From assembly GCA_045863235.1 (NCBI GenBank), contig BTUM01000011.1:61968-125967 (forward strand): a stretch of 64,000 nt of DNA, read 5' to 3'. This stretch comes from Candidatus Xenobia bacterium (lineage in GTDB: Bacteria; Vulcanimicrobiota; Xenobia; Xenobiales; QWHO01). The notes beneath the pieces are model-generated. The model ran no database searches. It was not told the origin of the DNA and was given only the letters and a program-made list of their open reading frames with translations. Below are positions 18,930 through 28,338 of the stretch, piece after piece. Made by a program: the position numbers and the translations under genes. Numbering within the stretch: position 1 is the stretch's first letter; each line of letters begins with the position of its first letter.

Positions 18930-19402
18930 GAGCCCTGCTGCTGTTCTTCTGCCTGCTGCTGCCGGCCGGGGCCCACATGGGGGCACCTTACGTGGTCTTG
19001 CTGGACGAGCCGTTCGGAGCCTACCGGGTCACGGTCTGGTCGGATCCGGACGTGGGCGAGGGCACCTTCTACCTGGTGGCCATGCAGGGCGAGCAGACGG
19101 CTGCGCCCCCTCCGGCCCGGCTCTGGGTGAGAGCCTTGAACGACACGGCCGAATTGGGCCCCTTCGAGACCAGGGCCGAGGAGTGGGGGAGGCGACCGTG
19201 CCAGGCCGCCCGGGTTCGATTCGACCGGGAAGGCGACTGGGAGGTGCGGCTCGAGTCGGAAGGCCACACGGCCCGGTTCCGGGTGCTGGTTACCCCGCCC
19301 GGGCCACCCTGGCTGTCGTGGGTGCTGGGATTGGGCCCGTGCATCCTGCTGGCGGCTCTGTGGGCATGGGGGGCTCGCCGGGCTCAGGCCAGACGTTCCT
19401 GA
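18926..19402 (+). CDS. Exported/membrane hypothetical protein of the Fe-S/YtkA operon
   Basis: ATGA overlap; signal peptide ending AGA-H; WSDPDVG motif; C-terminal TM segment. Confidence 0.75.
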   Translation: MRALLLFFCLLLPAGAHMGAPYVVLLDEPFGAYRVTVWSDPDVGEGTFYLVAMQGEQTAAPPPARLWVRALNDTAELGPFETRAEEWGRRPCQAARVRFDREGDWEVRLESEGHTARFRVLVTPPGPPWLSWVLGLGPCILLAALWAWGARRAQARRS

Positions 19403-20624
19403 CCCGCGAAGAGCTCGGCTCGGGAAGGCTCAGGCGCAGCTGCCGCAGGCGCAGGCCGTCGCCAAAGTCGCAGTCGATCGAGCCGCCCGCCCGGGGCGAA
19501 GCCCTCAACTCGGCCACCCGGCGCATGCGCTGGCGGGGCCTGGCGGGAGCGTTCTCGCTCGCGATCAGGGCCAGCAGCTTGCGGGCCGCCTCGTTGCCAG
19601 GCTCTTGCTCGAGGACGCCGTCCAGGCACTCCGCGGCCTTCTCGGCCTGGCCCTCGGCCTGGTAGGCCCGGGCCGCCGCCAGCCAGTGGGGGAGGGCCTC
19701 GCTGGGCTCGCCCAGCCGGGTCAGGGCGTCGGCCAGGCGGTGGGAGGCCAGCAGATCGCCCGGGCGAAGCTCCAGCCAGCGGCGATAAGCGAGCACCGCC
19801 TGGCCCAGCCAGCCGGCCTCGTAGCAGACCGAGGCCAGCCCGGCCAGGGCGTCGGGATGGTCCAGATCGTGCTGCAGCACCTGGCGGAACTCATAAGCAG
19901 CCCTGGCGTGCACCCCCTGGCGAGCGTAGAGCTGGCCCAGCTTGAGGCGAGCCAGAATCGAGTCGGGAGCCAGCAAGAGCTTGCGTTGGAGCACCTCGAT
20001 GGCTCGCTCGTCGCGTCCCAGCTCGATCATCCGGGTGGCGGCGCGGCGCAGGAAGGCCCGGGCTACCTGCACGTGGCCCTCGACCAGGTGCACCTCGGCC
20101 AGGGCCAGCACCAGCTCGGGCTCGTCGGGCATGCGATCGAGCGAGCGACGCAAGAGCTCAAGGGCGCGCTCGGAACGCCCTGACTCGACCGCCTGGCTGG
20201 CCAGCTCGCGGGCGTAAAGGATGGCTCGCTCTTCGTCGCGCAGCTCCAGTGCCAGGGCCAGAGCCGTCTCGCGCAGGTCGACGGCGGTAGGCTCCAGGCG
20301 CAGACAAGCTTCCACCACCGCCAGACCCAGCGGGCTCTTCTGCTCGGCCAGCAGGGCCAGCCAGCGTCGCCCCAGCTGCAGGCGCTCGCGCAGCTTGCCG
20401 CGTACCGCCAGAGCCCGGGCCAACTGGTTGAGGGCCACCCGATGATGGGGTTGGCTCTGCAGGATCTGGCGCGACACCCGTTCTACCTCGGCCCAGCGTC
20501 GCTGGCGGACCTGTCCGTCGAGCTCGGTCTCCAGCAGACCCAGGCTGCTCTCCCGGGGTCGCGTCAGCCCGGCCCGCACTCCCAGGCGGCGGGCGCGCTC
20601 GGAGCAGTGTTGAAGAAATTTCAC
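19290..20624 (-). CDS. Tetratricopeptide repeat protein
   Basis: Multiple TPR units (for example ARLKLGQLYARQG...AAYEFRQVLQHD). Confidence 0.8.
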   Translation of the reverse strand: MKFLQHCSERARRLGVRAGLTRPRESSLGLLETELDGQVRQRRWAEVERVSRQILQSQPHHRVALNQLARALAVRGKLRERLQLGRRWLALLAEQKSPLGLAVVEACLRLEPTAVDLRETALALALELRDEERAILYARELASQAVESGRSERALELLRRSLDRMPDEPELVLALAEVHLVEGHVQVARAFLRRAATRMIELGRDERAIEVLQRKLLLAPDSILARLKLGQLYARQGVHARAAYEFRQVLQHDLDHPDALAGLASVCYEAGWLGQAVLAYRRWLELRPGDLLASHRLADALTRLGEPSEALPHWLAAARAYQAEGQAEKAAECLDGVLEQEPGNEAARKLLALIASENAPARPRQRMRRVAELRASPRAGGSIDCDFGDGLRLRQLRLSLPEPSSSRVRNVWPEPGEPPMPTEPPAGCTGPIPAPTTARVARAG

Positions 20625-20683
20625 CTTCGGCCAGTTGGACGAACGGGCGGGAAAACCCTGCCGGGTGCTGAAATCATTCCAGC

Positions 20684-21739
20684 ATGCGCCGCCTCCTCGT
20701 CCTCCTGGTGCTGGCTCTGCTCCTGCCCGTCGCTGCCGAGACCACCTATTACCTGCGTCATCGGCCCATCAACGGAGTCCACGATTCGGGCGACCTCTGG
20801 GTGGCGGTCAGCGACCTGAGGCGCTATCTGCACGACGCCGAGGTGCGTCGGGTCAAGGTGGAGGGGGATCGCGTGCTGGTCGATCAGCGGCCGGTGGGCG
20901 GCGTGCGCGAGGAGATGGTGCCTTTCCTGGCCGTCACCCGGGCTCTGGGCTATCAGCAGCGGCCGAGCCCGGGGCTGGGTTTCATCGACCTGCTCGCGCC
21001 CGGCGACTCCTCCACCACGGCCGCCTCGCTGCGGCGAGGAGACTACCGCACCGCGGCCGACCGGTTGGAGATGGTGCTGGGCACGCTGCCCGAGTATCGC
21101 GATCCGGAAATGATGCGTCGGGTCAACACGATCGGTCAGCGCGTGGTGAAGGCCTCGCCCCTGTCCGAGTTGACCTGGAAGTTCGTGGTGGTGGACTCGG
21201 AAGAGCCTAACGCCGCCTGCACGGGCGAGGGGCACATCTTTGTCACCCGCGGATTGCTCGATCTCGGCTTCACCGACGACGAGCTGGCCGGCGTTCTCGG
21301 CCACGAGATTGCCCACGGGGTGCGTCGCCACTGTTTCCGCGTGGTGGAGCTGTTTCGTCAATACCTGGTCTTGCTCCGTGACGTGGACCGCTTTAAAGCC
21401 AGGGTGGCCGCTGCCCAGCGGGGCGAGTCGACTCTGGTCAGCGAGGCCAGCTTGGAGAGCGAGCGCAAGTCGCTCGAATCGCGCATGAACGCTCTGGTGG
21501 AGCGCATTCGCGACGAGCGGGTCTACGGGCGCCAGGATGAAGAAGAGGCCGACGTGCTCGGATTGCGTTACGCGGTCACGGCTGGCTACTCGCGCTCGGG
21601 CTTGAGCTCCGCCCTGGAGAAGCTGCACAAGTATCAATACCAGAATTTCGGCACCGCTGTGCTGGAAGATGACATGACTCATCCGCCCATTCCGCGTCGA
21701 CTCGAGATTCTGCGACGAGTTCAAGCAGGTTGGCGCTGA
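20684..21739 (+). CDS. M48 family metallopeptidase, secreted
   Basis: Signal peptide; PNA, ELAGVLGHEIAH, EEEAD and THP motifs. Confidence 0.9.
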   Translation: MRRLLVLLVLALLLPVAAETTYYLRHRPINGVHDSGDLWVAVSDLRRYLHDAEVRRVKVEGDRVLVDQRPVGGVREEMVPFLAVTRALGYQQRPSPGLGFIDLLAPGDSSTTAASLRRGDYRTAADRLEMVLGTLPEYRDPEMMRRVNTIGQRVVKASPLSELTWKFVVVDSEEPNAACTGEGHIFVTRGLLDLGFTDDELAGVLGHEIAHGVRRHCFRVVELFRQYLVLLRDVDRFKARVAAAQRGESTLVSEASLESERKSLESRMNALVERIRDERVYGRQDEEEADVLGLRYAVTAGYSRSGLSSALEKLHKYQYQNFGTAVLEDDMTHPPIPRRLEILRRVQAGWR

Positions 21740-21775
21740 CGTAGGGAAAGAGCCCCTGAGCTGCGAAGGGGGGGC

Positions 21776-22324
21776 TTGCCCATGGCCAGTGACCCGAACG
21801 AAGAATACGCCGTGATTGCCGCGGCTCTGCGCAAGCGATTCAAAGACCGCTCGACACGGCCTGCTCTGTCGCCAGAGTTCAGGCCGGCCAGGAATCTTCC
21901 TGAAGATCCGATGAGCGAGTTTCGCGATCTGCAGCGGCGTGGCTTCTTCCGCCGTATGTCGGACAAGACGTTCCAGGACTATGTGGAGAAGAACCGCACC
22001 GCTTCTCGGTTCGAGGCGGCTGCCCTGGCCGAGTTGTCCAGGCTGCCCCTGGTGGGGGAAGGCAATGAGGCCCGACATGGCGTGGTGCGAGTCACCCGGG
22101 TCGGCTTCAGCGATGACCAGGCCTTCGTCACCCTGGAGTATCATTTCGGACCGAGCGAGGAGCACGAGATCGGCTCCTTCCTGTTCCGGCGCCCCGCCCG
22201 GGGCACCTTGCGCTACAAGCCGGGTCGGGCCGCCTGGGTGCCGGTGGAGACCCTGTTCGTTCTCTCTGGCAATCCCGATGAGGCTTCTCGCGAGCCGATC
22301 GGGCAGCTCGAGCACCACTCCTGA
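21776..22324 (+). CDS. Hypothetical protein
   Basis: Co-oriented ORF filling the gap in the operon. Confidence 0.6.
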   Translation: MPMASDPNEEYAVIAAALRKRFKDRSTRPALSPEFRPARNLPEDPMSEFRDLQRRGFFRRMSDKTFQDYVEKNRTASRFEAAALAELSRLPLVGEGNEARHGVVRVTRVGFSDDQAFVTLEYHFGPSEEHEIGSFLFRRPARGTLRYKPGRAAWVPVETLFVLSGNPDEASREPIGQLEHHS

Positions 22325-22326
22325 CC

Positions 22327-23463
22327 TTGCGCCAGCATTTTCCCATCCTCGAGCGGGGGACGTATCTGGCCAGTCATTCCCTGGGAGCTGTTCCCCGCGC
22401 CACCGAGGAGGCACTGCGCGAGTACTATCGACTCTGGGCCGAGCGCGGCATCCTGGCCTGGGACGGCCCCTGGTGGGCGGCCGTGGAGGAATTCTCCAGC
22501 CGTATCGAGCGATTGTTGAAGGCCGCGCCCGGCACCGTGGTGCCGTTCCCCAATGCCACCCGGGGAATGGCCGCCGTGGCCAGCGCGCTCGACTTCTCGG
22601 GCCCGCGCAACAAGGTCATCATGACCGACCTCGAGTTCACCACCGCCTACCCTTTCTGGCGCAATCAAGAGCACCACGGCGCCCGTATCGTGGTGATCAG
22701 CTCGAGCGATGGGGTGAGCGTGCCGCTCGAGCGCCTGATCGAGGCCCTGGACGAGGAGACCTTGCTGGTCTTCACCAGTCATGTCTACTTTCGCTCCGGC
22801 GCGGTGCAGGATCTGGCCGCGCTGGCCCGGGCTGCGGCCGGCGTGGGCGCCTACTCGATGGGCGACGGCTACCAGGCGGCGGGTACGATCGAGGTCGACC
22901 TGGCTGCGCTGGGAGTCGATTTTTACGTCGGGGGCTGCCACAAATGGCTGTGCGGCGGACCCGGGGCCGGCTATCTCTACTGCCGCCCGGATCGCATCCA
23001 GGGCCTGCGTCCTCGGCTGACAGGCTGGTTCGGGCTCCAGGAGCCTTTCGAGTATGAGCCCGGACACGGGGTGGGCAAGGTGCACGACGGAGTCTACCGC
23101 TTCCTGGACGGGACCCCCAATATCCCGGGCCTCTATGCTGCCCGCGAGGGGCTGAGGCTGGTCGAAGAGGTGGGTCTGGCCCGCATCCGCAGCCACTCCC
23201 TGCGGCTGACCGATCGGATCGTCGAGGGGGCTGACCGGTTGGGCTTCACGGTGCGCACTCCCCGTGAGCACGCGCAGCGCGGGGGGATGATCTGCCTGGA
23301 CTTCCCGGGCTCGCGCCAGGCCTGCGATGCCCTGGTGGCCGCTGGAGTCACGGTGGACTGGAGGCCTGACTGCGGACTGCGGGTCTCGCCACACTTCTAC
23401 AACGACGAAAGCGACCTCGAGCGCTTCTTCGAGCTCTTGCCTCAGGGGAGCCTGACCACTTGA
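22327..23463 (+). CDS. Class V PLP aminotransferase (kynureninase-like)
   Basis: YLASHSLG, DGYQAAG, GGCHKWLCGGPG (PLP lysine) and LRVSPHFYN. Confidence 0.85.
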   Translation: MRQHFPILERGTYLASHSLGAVPRATEEALREYYRLWAERGILAWDGPWWAAVEEFSSRIERLLKAAPGTVVPFPNATRGMAAVASALDFSGPRNKVIMTDLEFTTAYPFWRNQEHHGARIVVISSSDGVSVPLERLIEALDEETLLVFTSHVYFRSGAVQDLAALARAAAGVGAYSMGDGYQAAGTIEVDLAALGVDFYVGGCHKWLCGGPGAGYLYCRPDRIQGLRPRLTGWFGLQEPFEYEPGHGVGKVHDGVYRFLDGTPNIPGLYAAREGLRLVEEVGLARIRSHSLRLTDRIVEGADRLGFTVRTPREHAQRGGMICLDFPGSRQACDALVAAGVTVDWRPDCGLRVSPHFYNDESDLERFFELLPQGSLTT

Positions 23464-23476
23464 GCTTTCCGCTCGC

Positions 23477-23920
23477 TTATTCGAGGACGGAAGTATGATC
23501 GTGCAGGATCTTCCAGCCTGAGTCGGTCTTGACCATCACCAGGCTGAAGATCCCTCCCATGCCTGGTTTGTCGGGCTGATCGGGCCATTTGAGGTGCCAT
23601 CTGCCGATCAGCAAAAGGTGCTTTTCGCCCAGCGGCTCGATCTTGACGGCTTCGAACCCCAACTGGCCCATGGTTTTCTTGTTGGAGCCGTAGCGGTCGA
23701 GGTAGCGCTTGCGGATGGCGTCATACCCCTGCGTGATCTTGCCGCTGGAGGTGAAGATCAGGTCGTCGGACTCGACGTAGGCCTTCAGGAAGGCCTCCAG
23801 ATCGCCCCGATTCCAGGCTTGCTGCTGCTCGAGCAGGACCCCCCAGGCGGGGTGGACCTGGTTGGCCCGGGCGGCGGGGCAGAGGAGTAGGAGCAGGGTC
23901 AGAATCGAAAGGGCTCTCAT
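23477..23920 (-). CDS. Secreted NTF2-like (DUF4440/YybH) protein
   Basis: Signal peptide; QQQAWNRGDLEAF and GWKILHDHTS. Confidence 0.85.
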   Translation of the reverse strand: MRALSILTLLLLLCPAARANQVHPAWGVLLEQQQAWNRGDLEAFLKAYVESDDLIFTSSGKITQGYDAIRKRYLDRYGSNKKTMGQLGFEAVKIEPLGEKHLLLIGRWHLKWPDQPDKPGMGGIFSLVMVKTDSGWKILHDHTSVLE

Positions 23921-24656
23921 GGTCGAGGCTGGTTCGCGGGGCCCCGGGGACAATCCCCCGCACGTTCTGATCACTGCCGGCGCCCCCTGGAAAGGCTCGC
24001 TGAAGGCCTTGCTGCCGGTGGCCGGAGAGAACCTGCTGGATCGGGTGCTGAAGGCTGCCCGAGGCCTGGGGGCGCCTGTGGTGCTGGTGGGCGGGCCTGC
24101 GAGCTACGCCGACCGGGTGGAGGTGTGGCTGCCCGATGCCGGAGGAGGGGCCGAGAACTTCTTGCAGGGTCTGACGAGCGTTCGAGCGGGCTCGGCCTGC
24201 CTCTTCTGCGCCTCCGACCTGCCCTTCGTCACCAGCTCGGCCTTGAGGGACTTCCTGCAGGCTGCCGAGCCGGAGGCGGTGCTCAATTACGGGGTCACCC
24301 CGCGCCGGGAGTTCCTGGCCAGCTATCCGGCCGCCCGGCGGCGTTTCGTGCCTCTGCGCGAGGGCGCCTACACGGGAGCAGGGGTGTTCTTGCTGCAACC
24401 GGAGGGAACCCTGGCCATCGCCGAGACCGTGCGACGCGTCTTCGCCTCGCGCAAGAACACCCTGCGCATCGCCTGGATGCTGGGCTGGCGCTTTCTCTGG
24501 GGGCGCTTGACCGGCTCTTTGACGCTGTCAGGCCTGGAAGCTCGCGCCAGCGAAGTCACCGGGGTGAGCTGTCGAGCCGTGCCGGCTCCGGCCAGCCTGG
24601 CCTACGACGTGGACGACGAGCGCGACTATCGCTACGCGCTGGACCTGCTGCGGTAA
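23919..24656 (+). CDS. MobA-like nucleotidyltransferase
   Basis: ITAG...KALLP, SDLPF and DVD motifs. Confidence 0.8.
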   Translation: MVEAGSRGPGDNPPHVLITAGAPWKGSLKALLPVAGENLLDRVLKAARGLGAPVVLVGGPASYADRVEVWLPDAGGGAENFLQGLTSVRAGSACLFCASDLPFVTSSALRDFLQAAEPEAVLNYGVTPRREFLASYPAARRRFVPLREGAYTGAGVFLLQPEGTLAIAETVRRVFASRKNTLRIAWMLGWRFLWGRLTGSLTLSGLEARASEVTGVSCRAVPAPASLAYDVDDERDYRYALDLLR

Positions 24657-24842
24657 TCAGCGGCGACAGGAGCGGTCGATCATCCTTGGGCCCATCCCCA
24701 ACCAGGCCCCGCTCAGGGTGCCGGCCAGGAGCCCGAGTCCGATGACGAGGCTTCCGGCCAAGACTCCCACCGCCACCAGGATGAGCCCGGCGAGCAGCAG
24801 CAGCAACTGACCCAGGAGCCTGGTCGAAAGCGTTGTTGGCAC
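24657..24842 (-). CDS. Small two-TM membrane protein
   Basis: 61 aa, hydrophobic; AAGGAG RBS upstream of the GTG. Confidence 0.65.
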   Translation of the reverse strand: MPTTLSTRLLGQLLLLLAGLILVAVGVLAGSLVIGLGLLAGTLSGAWLGMGPRMIDRSCRR

Positions 24843-25030
24843 GGCGGACTCCTTTTGAGAACTCGACTTGATGCTCTATCGCGACGGGCGGCTCCCGGGT
24901 TAAGGTGTGTTATGTTATCGGGATGTGAGCAAGTTGTTGACAAATTTTGAACTTGCCCGTCCTGTATGCGTTTGGTCTGTCGAAAAGCGCGCTGAATTCG
25001 TGTCCGAATATTCTGCGGGTGCCCGGCTCC

Positions 25031-25079
25031 GAGGTCCGGCCGCAAACCCCCTGGTGGTGGCGGCCTGCGGCCGGACCTC
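25031..25079. terminator. 14-bp GC-rich hairpin downstream of yceI; also a member of a REP-like repeat
   Basis: GAGGTCCGGCCGCA (25031-25044) and TGCGGCCGGACCTC (25066-25079) form a perfect inverted repeat; no U-tract. Confidence 0.6.
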
Positions 25080-25087
25080 TCGTCGGG

Positions 25088-25672
25088 TTACTCGTGACCG
25101 GCTTCGACCAGGATTCGGATGTTCACCTCGTCGCCCAGCACGCTGCCGCCCTTGTCCAGGGCGCGGTTCCAGACCAGACCGAATTCCTTGCGGTCAATGG
25201 TGAACTCGGTGCGGAAGCCGATCAGCTCGCTGCCGGGCTTGGGCCCCGGAGTGGTGCCCAGGATGGTGACCGGAACGGTGATGGCTTTGGTGACCCCGTG
25301 GATGGTCAGCTCGCCCACCACGTCAAGCTGTTCCTTGCCGCGCGGGATGACTTTCTTGCTCACGAACGAGAGCGTGGGGTACTTGTCGACATTGAAGAAG
25401 TCGGGGCTGCGCAGGTGGTCGTCGCGCTTGTCGTTGTCGGTATCGATGCTCTTGGCCTGGATGGTGAAGTTGACCGAGGACGCGGCCGGATTGGCGGCAT
25501 CGTAGTCGATGTTGCCCACGAACTCGCGGAAGCGACCCTCCACGTAGCTCACGAAGTGGCGGATGGAAAAGACGACGTTGGAGTGGGCTGAGTCGACCTC
25601 GTAGACCTTTGCCAGGGCTGCCTGGGGCAGCAACAGAGCCACCGCAAATGCGGTCAAGATTGCTTTCTTCAT
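25088..25672 (-). CDS. yceI: YceI family protein
   Basis: Signal peptide; VDSAHS.V.F.I.H, SIDT...RD.HLRS.DFF, G.LTIHGVTK and IDRKEFG. Confidence 0.92.
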   Translation of the reverse strand: MKKAILTAFAVALLLPQAALAKVYEVDSAHSNVVFSIRHFVSYVEGRFREFVGNIDYDAANPAASSVNFTIQAKSIDTDNDKRDDHLRSPDFFNVDKYPTLSFVSKKVIPRGKEQLDVVGELTIHGVTKAITVPVTILGTTPGPKPGSELIGFRTEFTIDRKEFGLVWNRALDKGGSVLGDEVNIRILVEAGHE

Positions 25673-25784
25673 CGCTTTGTCGACCTTCTTTCCGGGAATA
25701 TAGTTTAAGGTCAAATCATTTTCGGACCCGGTCGGGACTTTCCTTCCGGGGGGGATCGGGCCCAAACTTTCAGAAGGCTGGGCG

Positions 25785-27227
25785 ATGCAGCCCGCCGAGT
25801 TTCGCCGCCAGGCCCATCTTCTGGCCGACTGGATCGCTGATTACCTGGAGGGGTCCGAGCACTACCCGGTGCTCTCTCAGGTCAAGCCCGGGGCCATCCG
25901 GGCCCAGTTGCCCACGGCCCCACCTGCCACCGGCGAGCCCATGGGGGCCATCTGGGAAGACTTCCAGCGCATCCTCATGCCCGGTCTGACCCACTGGAAC
26001 CATCCCGCCTTCTTTGCCTACTTCTCCATCAGCGCCAGTCCACCGGGGGTGCTGGCCGAGTTCCTGTCGGCGGCGCTCAACCAGCAGGCCATGCTCTGGC
26101 GCACCTCTCCGGCCGCCACCGAGCTCGAGCAGGTCACTCTGGGTTGGCTGCGCGACCTGATCGGCCTGCCCGAGCCTTTTGAGGGCGTCATCTATGACAC
26201 TGCCTCCATCTCCACCCTGCACGCCCTGGCCGCAGCCCGCGAGCGGCTGAGCCGCGACATCCGAGTCAGAGGGCTGTCAGGCCAGCCTCCCATCACGGTT
26301 TACTGCAGCCAGGACACCCACTCCTCGGTGGACAAAGCTGTGATCCTGCTCGGGCTCGGGCACGAGTGGCTGCGCAAGATCCCCACCGACGAGAGCTTCC
26401 GGATGAGGCCCGAATTGCTGCAGGAGGCGATCGACCGGGACAAAGCCGCGGGCTGTCTGCCCATGGCCGTGGTGGCCACGGCCGGCACCACCTCGACGAG
26501 CAGCGTGGACCCCATCGCGGCTGTGGCCGACATCTCCCAGCGCGAGGGATTGTGGCTGCACGTGGACGCCGCTTATGCCGGCCCGGCCGCCATTTGCCCC
26601 GAGTACCGTTGGATTCTGGAAGGGGCCGAGCGGGCCGACTCGCTCACGCTCAATCCCCACAAGTGGTTGTTCGTGCCTTTCGACCTCAGCGTGCTCTACG
26701 TACGCGACCTGCACACATTGAAGGCGGCCTTCTCGCTCATCCCCGAGTACCTGCGCACCGAGGAGGAGACGCTCAATTTGATGGACACGGGAATCCAGCT
26801 CGGACGACGATTTCGCAGCTTGAAGCTGTGGTTCATCATGCGCAGCTACGGGGTGGAAGGTCTGCAGGCCATGATCCGCCAGGCCTGCGAGCTGGCCCGC
26901 CATTTCGCCCGGCGTGTGGAGGAGCATCCCCACTTCGAGCTGCTGGCACCGGTGCCGCTCAGCCTGGTCTGCTTTCGCGCCTGTCCGCCCGGTGTCGAGG
27001 ATCTGGATACCCTCAACGAGGAGCTGATGCAGACCCTGAACGCCAGCGGGGAGGCGTTTTTGTCCCATACCCGTCTGGGGGGCAAGCTGGCCCTGCGCCT
27101 GGCCGTGGGTCACATGGGCACGCGTCACCAGCACGTCGACCGGGTCTTCGAGCTGCTGGAGGGATATCTGGCTGCGAGAGGAAATTCGGGGTCGCACTCA
27201 ACCCAGCAAAGGAGCTTGTCTCAGTGA
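25785..27227 (+). CDS. Group II PLP-dependent (aromatic) amino acid decarboxylase
   Basis: [34 protein letters not shown] and [11 protein letters not shown]. Confidence 0.92.
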   Translation: MQPAEFRRQAHLLADWIADYLEGSEHYPVLSQVKPGAIRAQLPTAPPATGEPMGAIWEDFQRILMPGLTHWNHPAFFAYFSISASPPGVLAEFLSAALNQQAMLWRTSPAATELEQVTLGWLRDLIGLPEPFEGVIYDTASISTLHALAAARERLSRDIRVRGLSGQPPITVYCSQDTHSSVDKAVILLGLGHEWLRKIPTDESFRMRPELLQEAIDRDKAAGCLPMAVVATAGTTSTSSVDPIAAVADISQREGLWLHVDAAYAGPAAICPEYRWILEGAERADSLTLNPHKWLFVPFDLSVLYVRDLHTLKAAFSLIPEYLRTEEETLNLMDTGIQLGRRFRSLKLWFIMRSYGVEGLQAMIRQACELARHFARRVEEHPHFELLAPVPLSLVCFRACPPGVEDLDTLNEELMQTLNASGEAFLSHTRLGGKLALRLAVGHMGTRHQHVDRVFELLEGYLAARGNSGSHSTQQRSLSQ

Positions 27228-28210
27228 AAGCACCGGTCCGTGTCACCGTTACCGGCGCCGCCGGCCAGATCGGCTACGCCATCTTATTCCGCATCGCCAG
27301 CGGAGCCATGCTCGGCCAAGACCAGCCGGTCATCCTGCAGCTCCTGGAGATCACCCCGGCCCTCAAGGCCCTCCAGGGCGTGGTCATGGAGCTTGACGAC
27401 TGCGCTTTCCCGCTGCTGCACGGCGTGGTCACCACCGACGACCCCAACGTCGCTTTCGCCGATGCCGATTATGCCATTCTCGTGGGAGGGATCCCCCGTA
27501 AACCCGGCATGGAGCGCTCGGACTTGCTGGCCGCCAACGGAGGCATCTTCGGGCCCCAGGGGCAGGCCCTCTCCAACCACGCTCGCAAGACCGTGAAGGT
27601 CCTGGTGGTGGGCAACCCGGCCAACACCAACTGCCTGATCGCCTATTCCAATGCTCCCAACCTCTCGCCCCGCCAGTTCACCGCCATGATGCGGCTGGAC
27701 CACAACCGGGCTATCTCCCAACTGGGCCAGAAGCTGGGCAAGCCGGTCACGGCCATCAAGAAGATGACCATCTGGGGCAACCACAGCACCACCCAGTATC
27801 CCGACCTCTTCCACTGCGAAGTGGAAGGCAAGCAGGCGGCCGCCCTGGTCAACGACCAGGAGTGGATCGAGAAGACCTTCATTCCCAAAGTTGCCAAGCG
27901 CGGCGCCGAAGTGCTGGAGGCCCGGGGCTTCTCCTCGGCCGCTTCGGCTGCGAACGCCGCCATCGATCACATGCGCAACTGGGCCCTGGGCACCCCCGAG
28001 GGGGACTGGGTCAGCGTGGCCCTGCCCTCCGACGGAAGCTACGGGATCCAGGAGGGTCTGGTCTACGGCTTCCCCTGCGTGTGCAAGGACGGCGAGTTCT
28101 CCATTGTCCAGGGGCTGGAGATCGACGACTTCTCCCGAGCCAGGATGAAGGCGACCGAGAAGGAGCTCGCTGAGGAGCGCGCCGCGGTCAAGGAGCTGGT
28201 GCTGATCTAG
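27224..28210 (+). CDS. mdh: Malate dehydrogenase
   Basis: [34 protein letters not shown] and IWGNHS; AAAGGAG RBS, GTGA overlap. Confidence 0.97.
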   Translation: MKAPVRVTVTGAAGQIGYAILFRIASGAMLGQDQPVILQLLEITPALKALQGVVMELDDCAFPLLHGVVTTDDPNVAFADADYAILVGGIPRKPGMERSDLLAANGGIFGPQGQALSNHARKTVKVLVVGNPANTNCLIAYSNAPNLSPRQFTAMMRLDHNRAISQLGQKLGKPVTAIKKMTIWGNHSTTQYPDLFHCEVEGKQAAALVNDQEWIEKTFIPKVAKRGAEVLEARGFSSAASAANAAIDHMRNWALGTPEGDWVSVALPSDGSYGIQEGLVYGFPCVCKDGEFSIVQGLEIDDFSRARMKATEKELAEERAAVKELVLI

Positions 28211-28214
28211 AAGC

Positions 28215-28250
28215 GCAGCCGGAACCCCACTGACAGGGTTTTCCGGCTGC
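28215..28250 (+). terminator. Hairpin downstream of mdh
   Basis: GCAGCCGGAA/TTCCGGCTGC 10-bp stem starting 5 nt after the stop codon. Confidence 0.6.
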
Positions 28251-28270
28251 CCGACGCCCGCAGTATCCAA

Positions 28271-28293
28271 CAGGGGGTTTGCGGCCGGACCTC
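28271..28293 (-). repeat. REP-like dispersed repeat copy
   Basis: Exact 23-nt reverse complement of 25031-25053; a related copy lies at 8541-8563. Confidence 0.75.
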
Positions 28294-28338
28294 CAGGAAT
28301 TCCGAGGGGCCCGGATTGGCGCTGTCGAACCTGCAAAG

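Noticed and set aside
2419..19402. Convergent 3' overlaps (83, 64 and 113 bp)
   Set aside because: Common in compact high-GC genomes through stop-codon drift; no evidence of function.
19430..19500. SIDCDFGDGLRLR near the TPR protein C-terminus as a fourth copy of the tail motif
   Set aside because: Poor fit and about 45 residues from the stop codon.
26366..28210. 614-aa ORF as an N-terminally extended Mdh (similarly 8721, 9803 and 60189 long ORF starts)
   Set aside because: The extensions overlap real upstream genes; RBS or stop-start overlaps mark the shorter starts.
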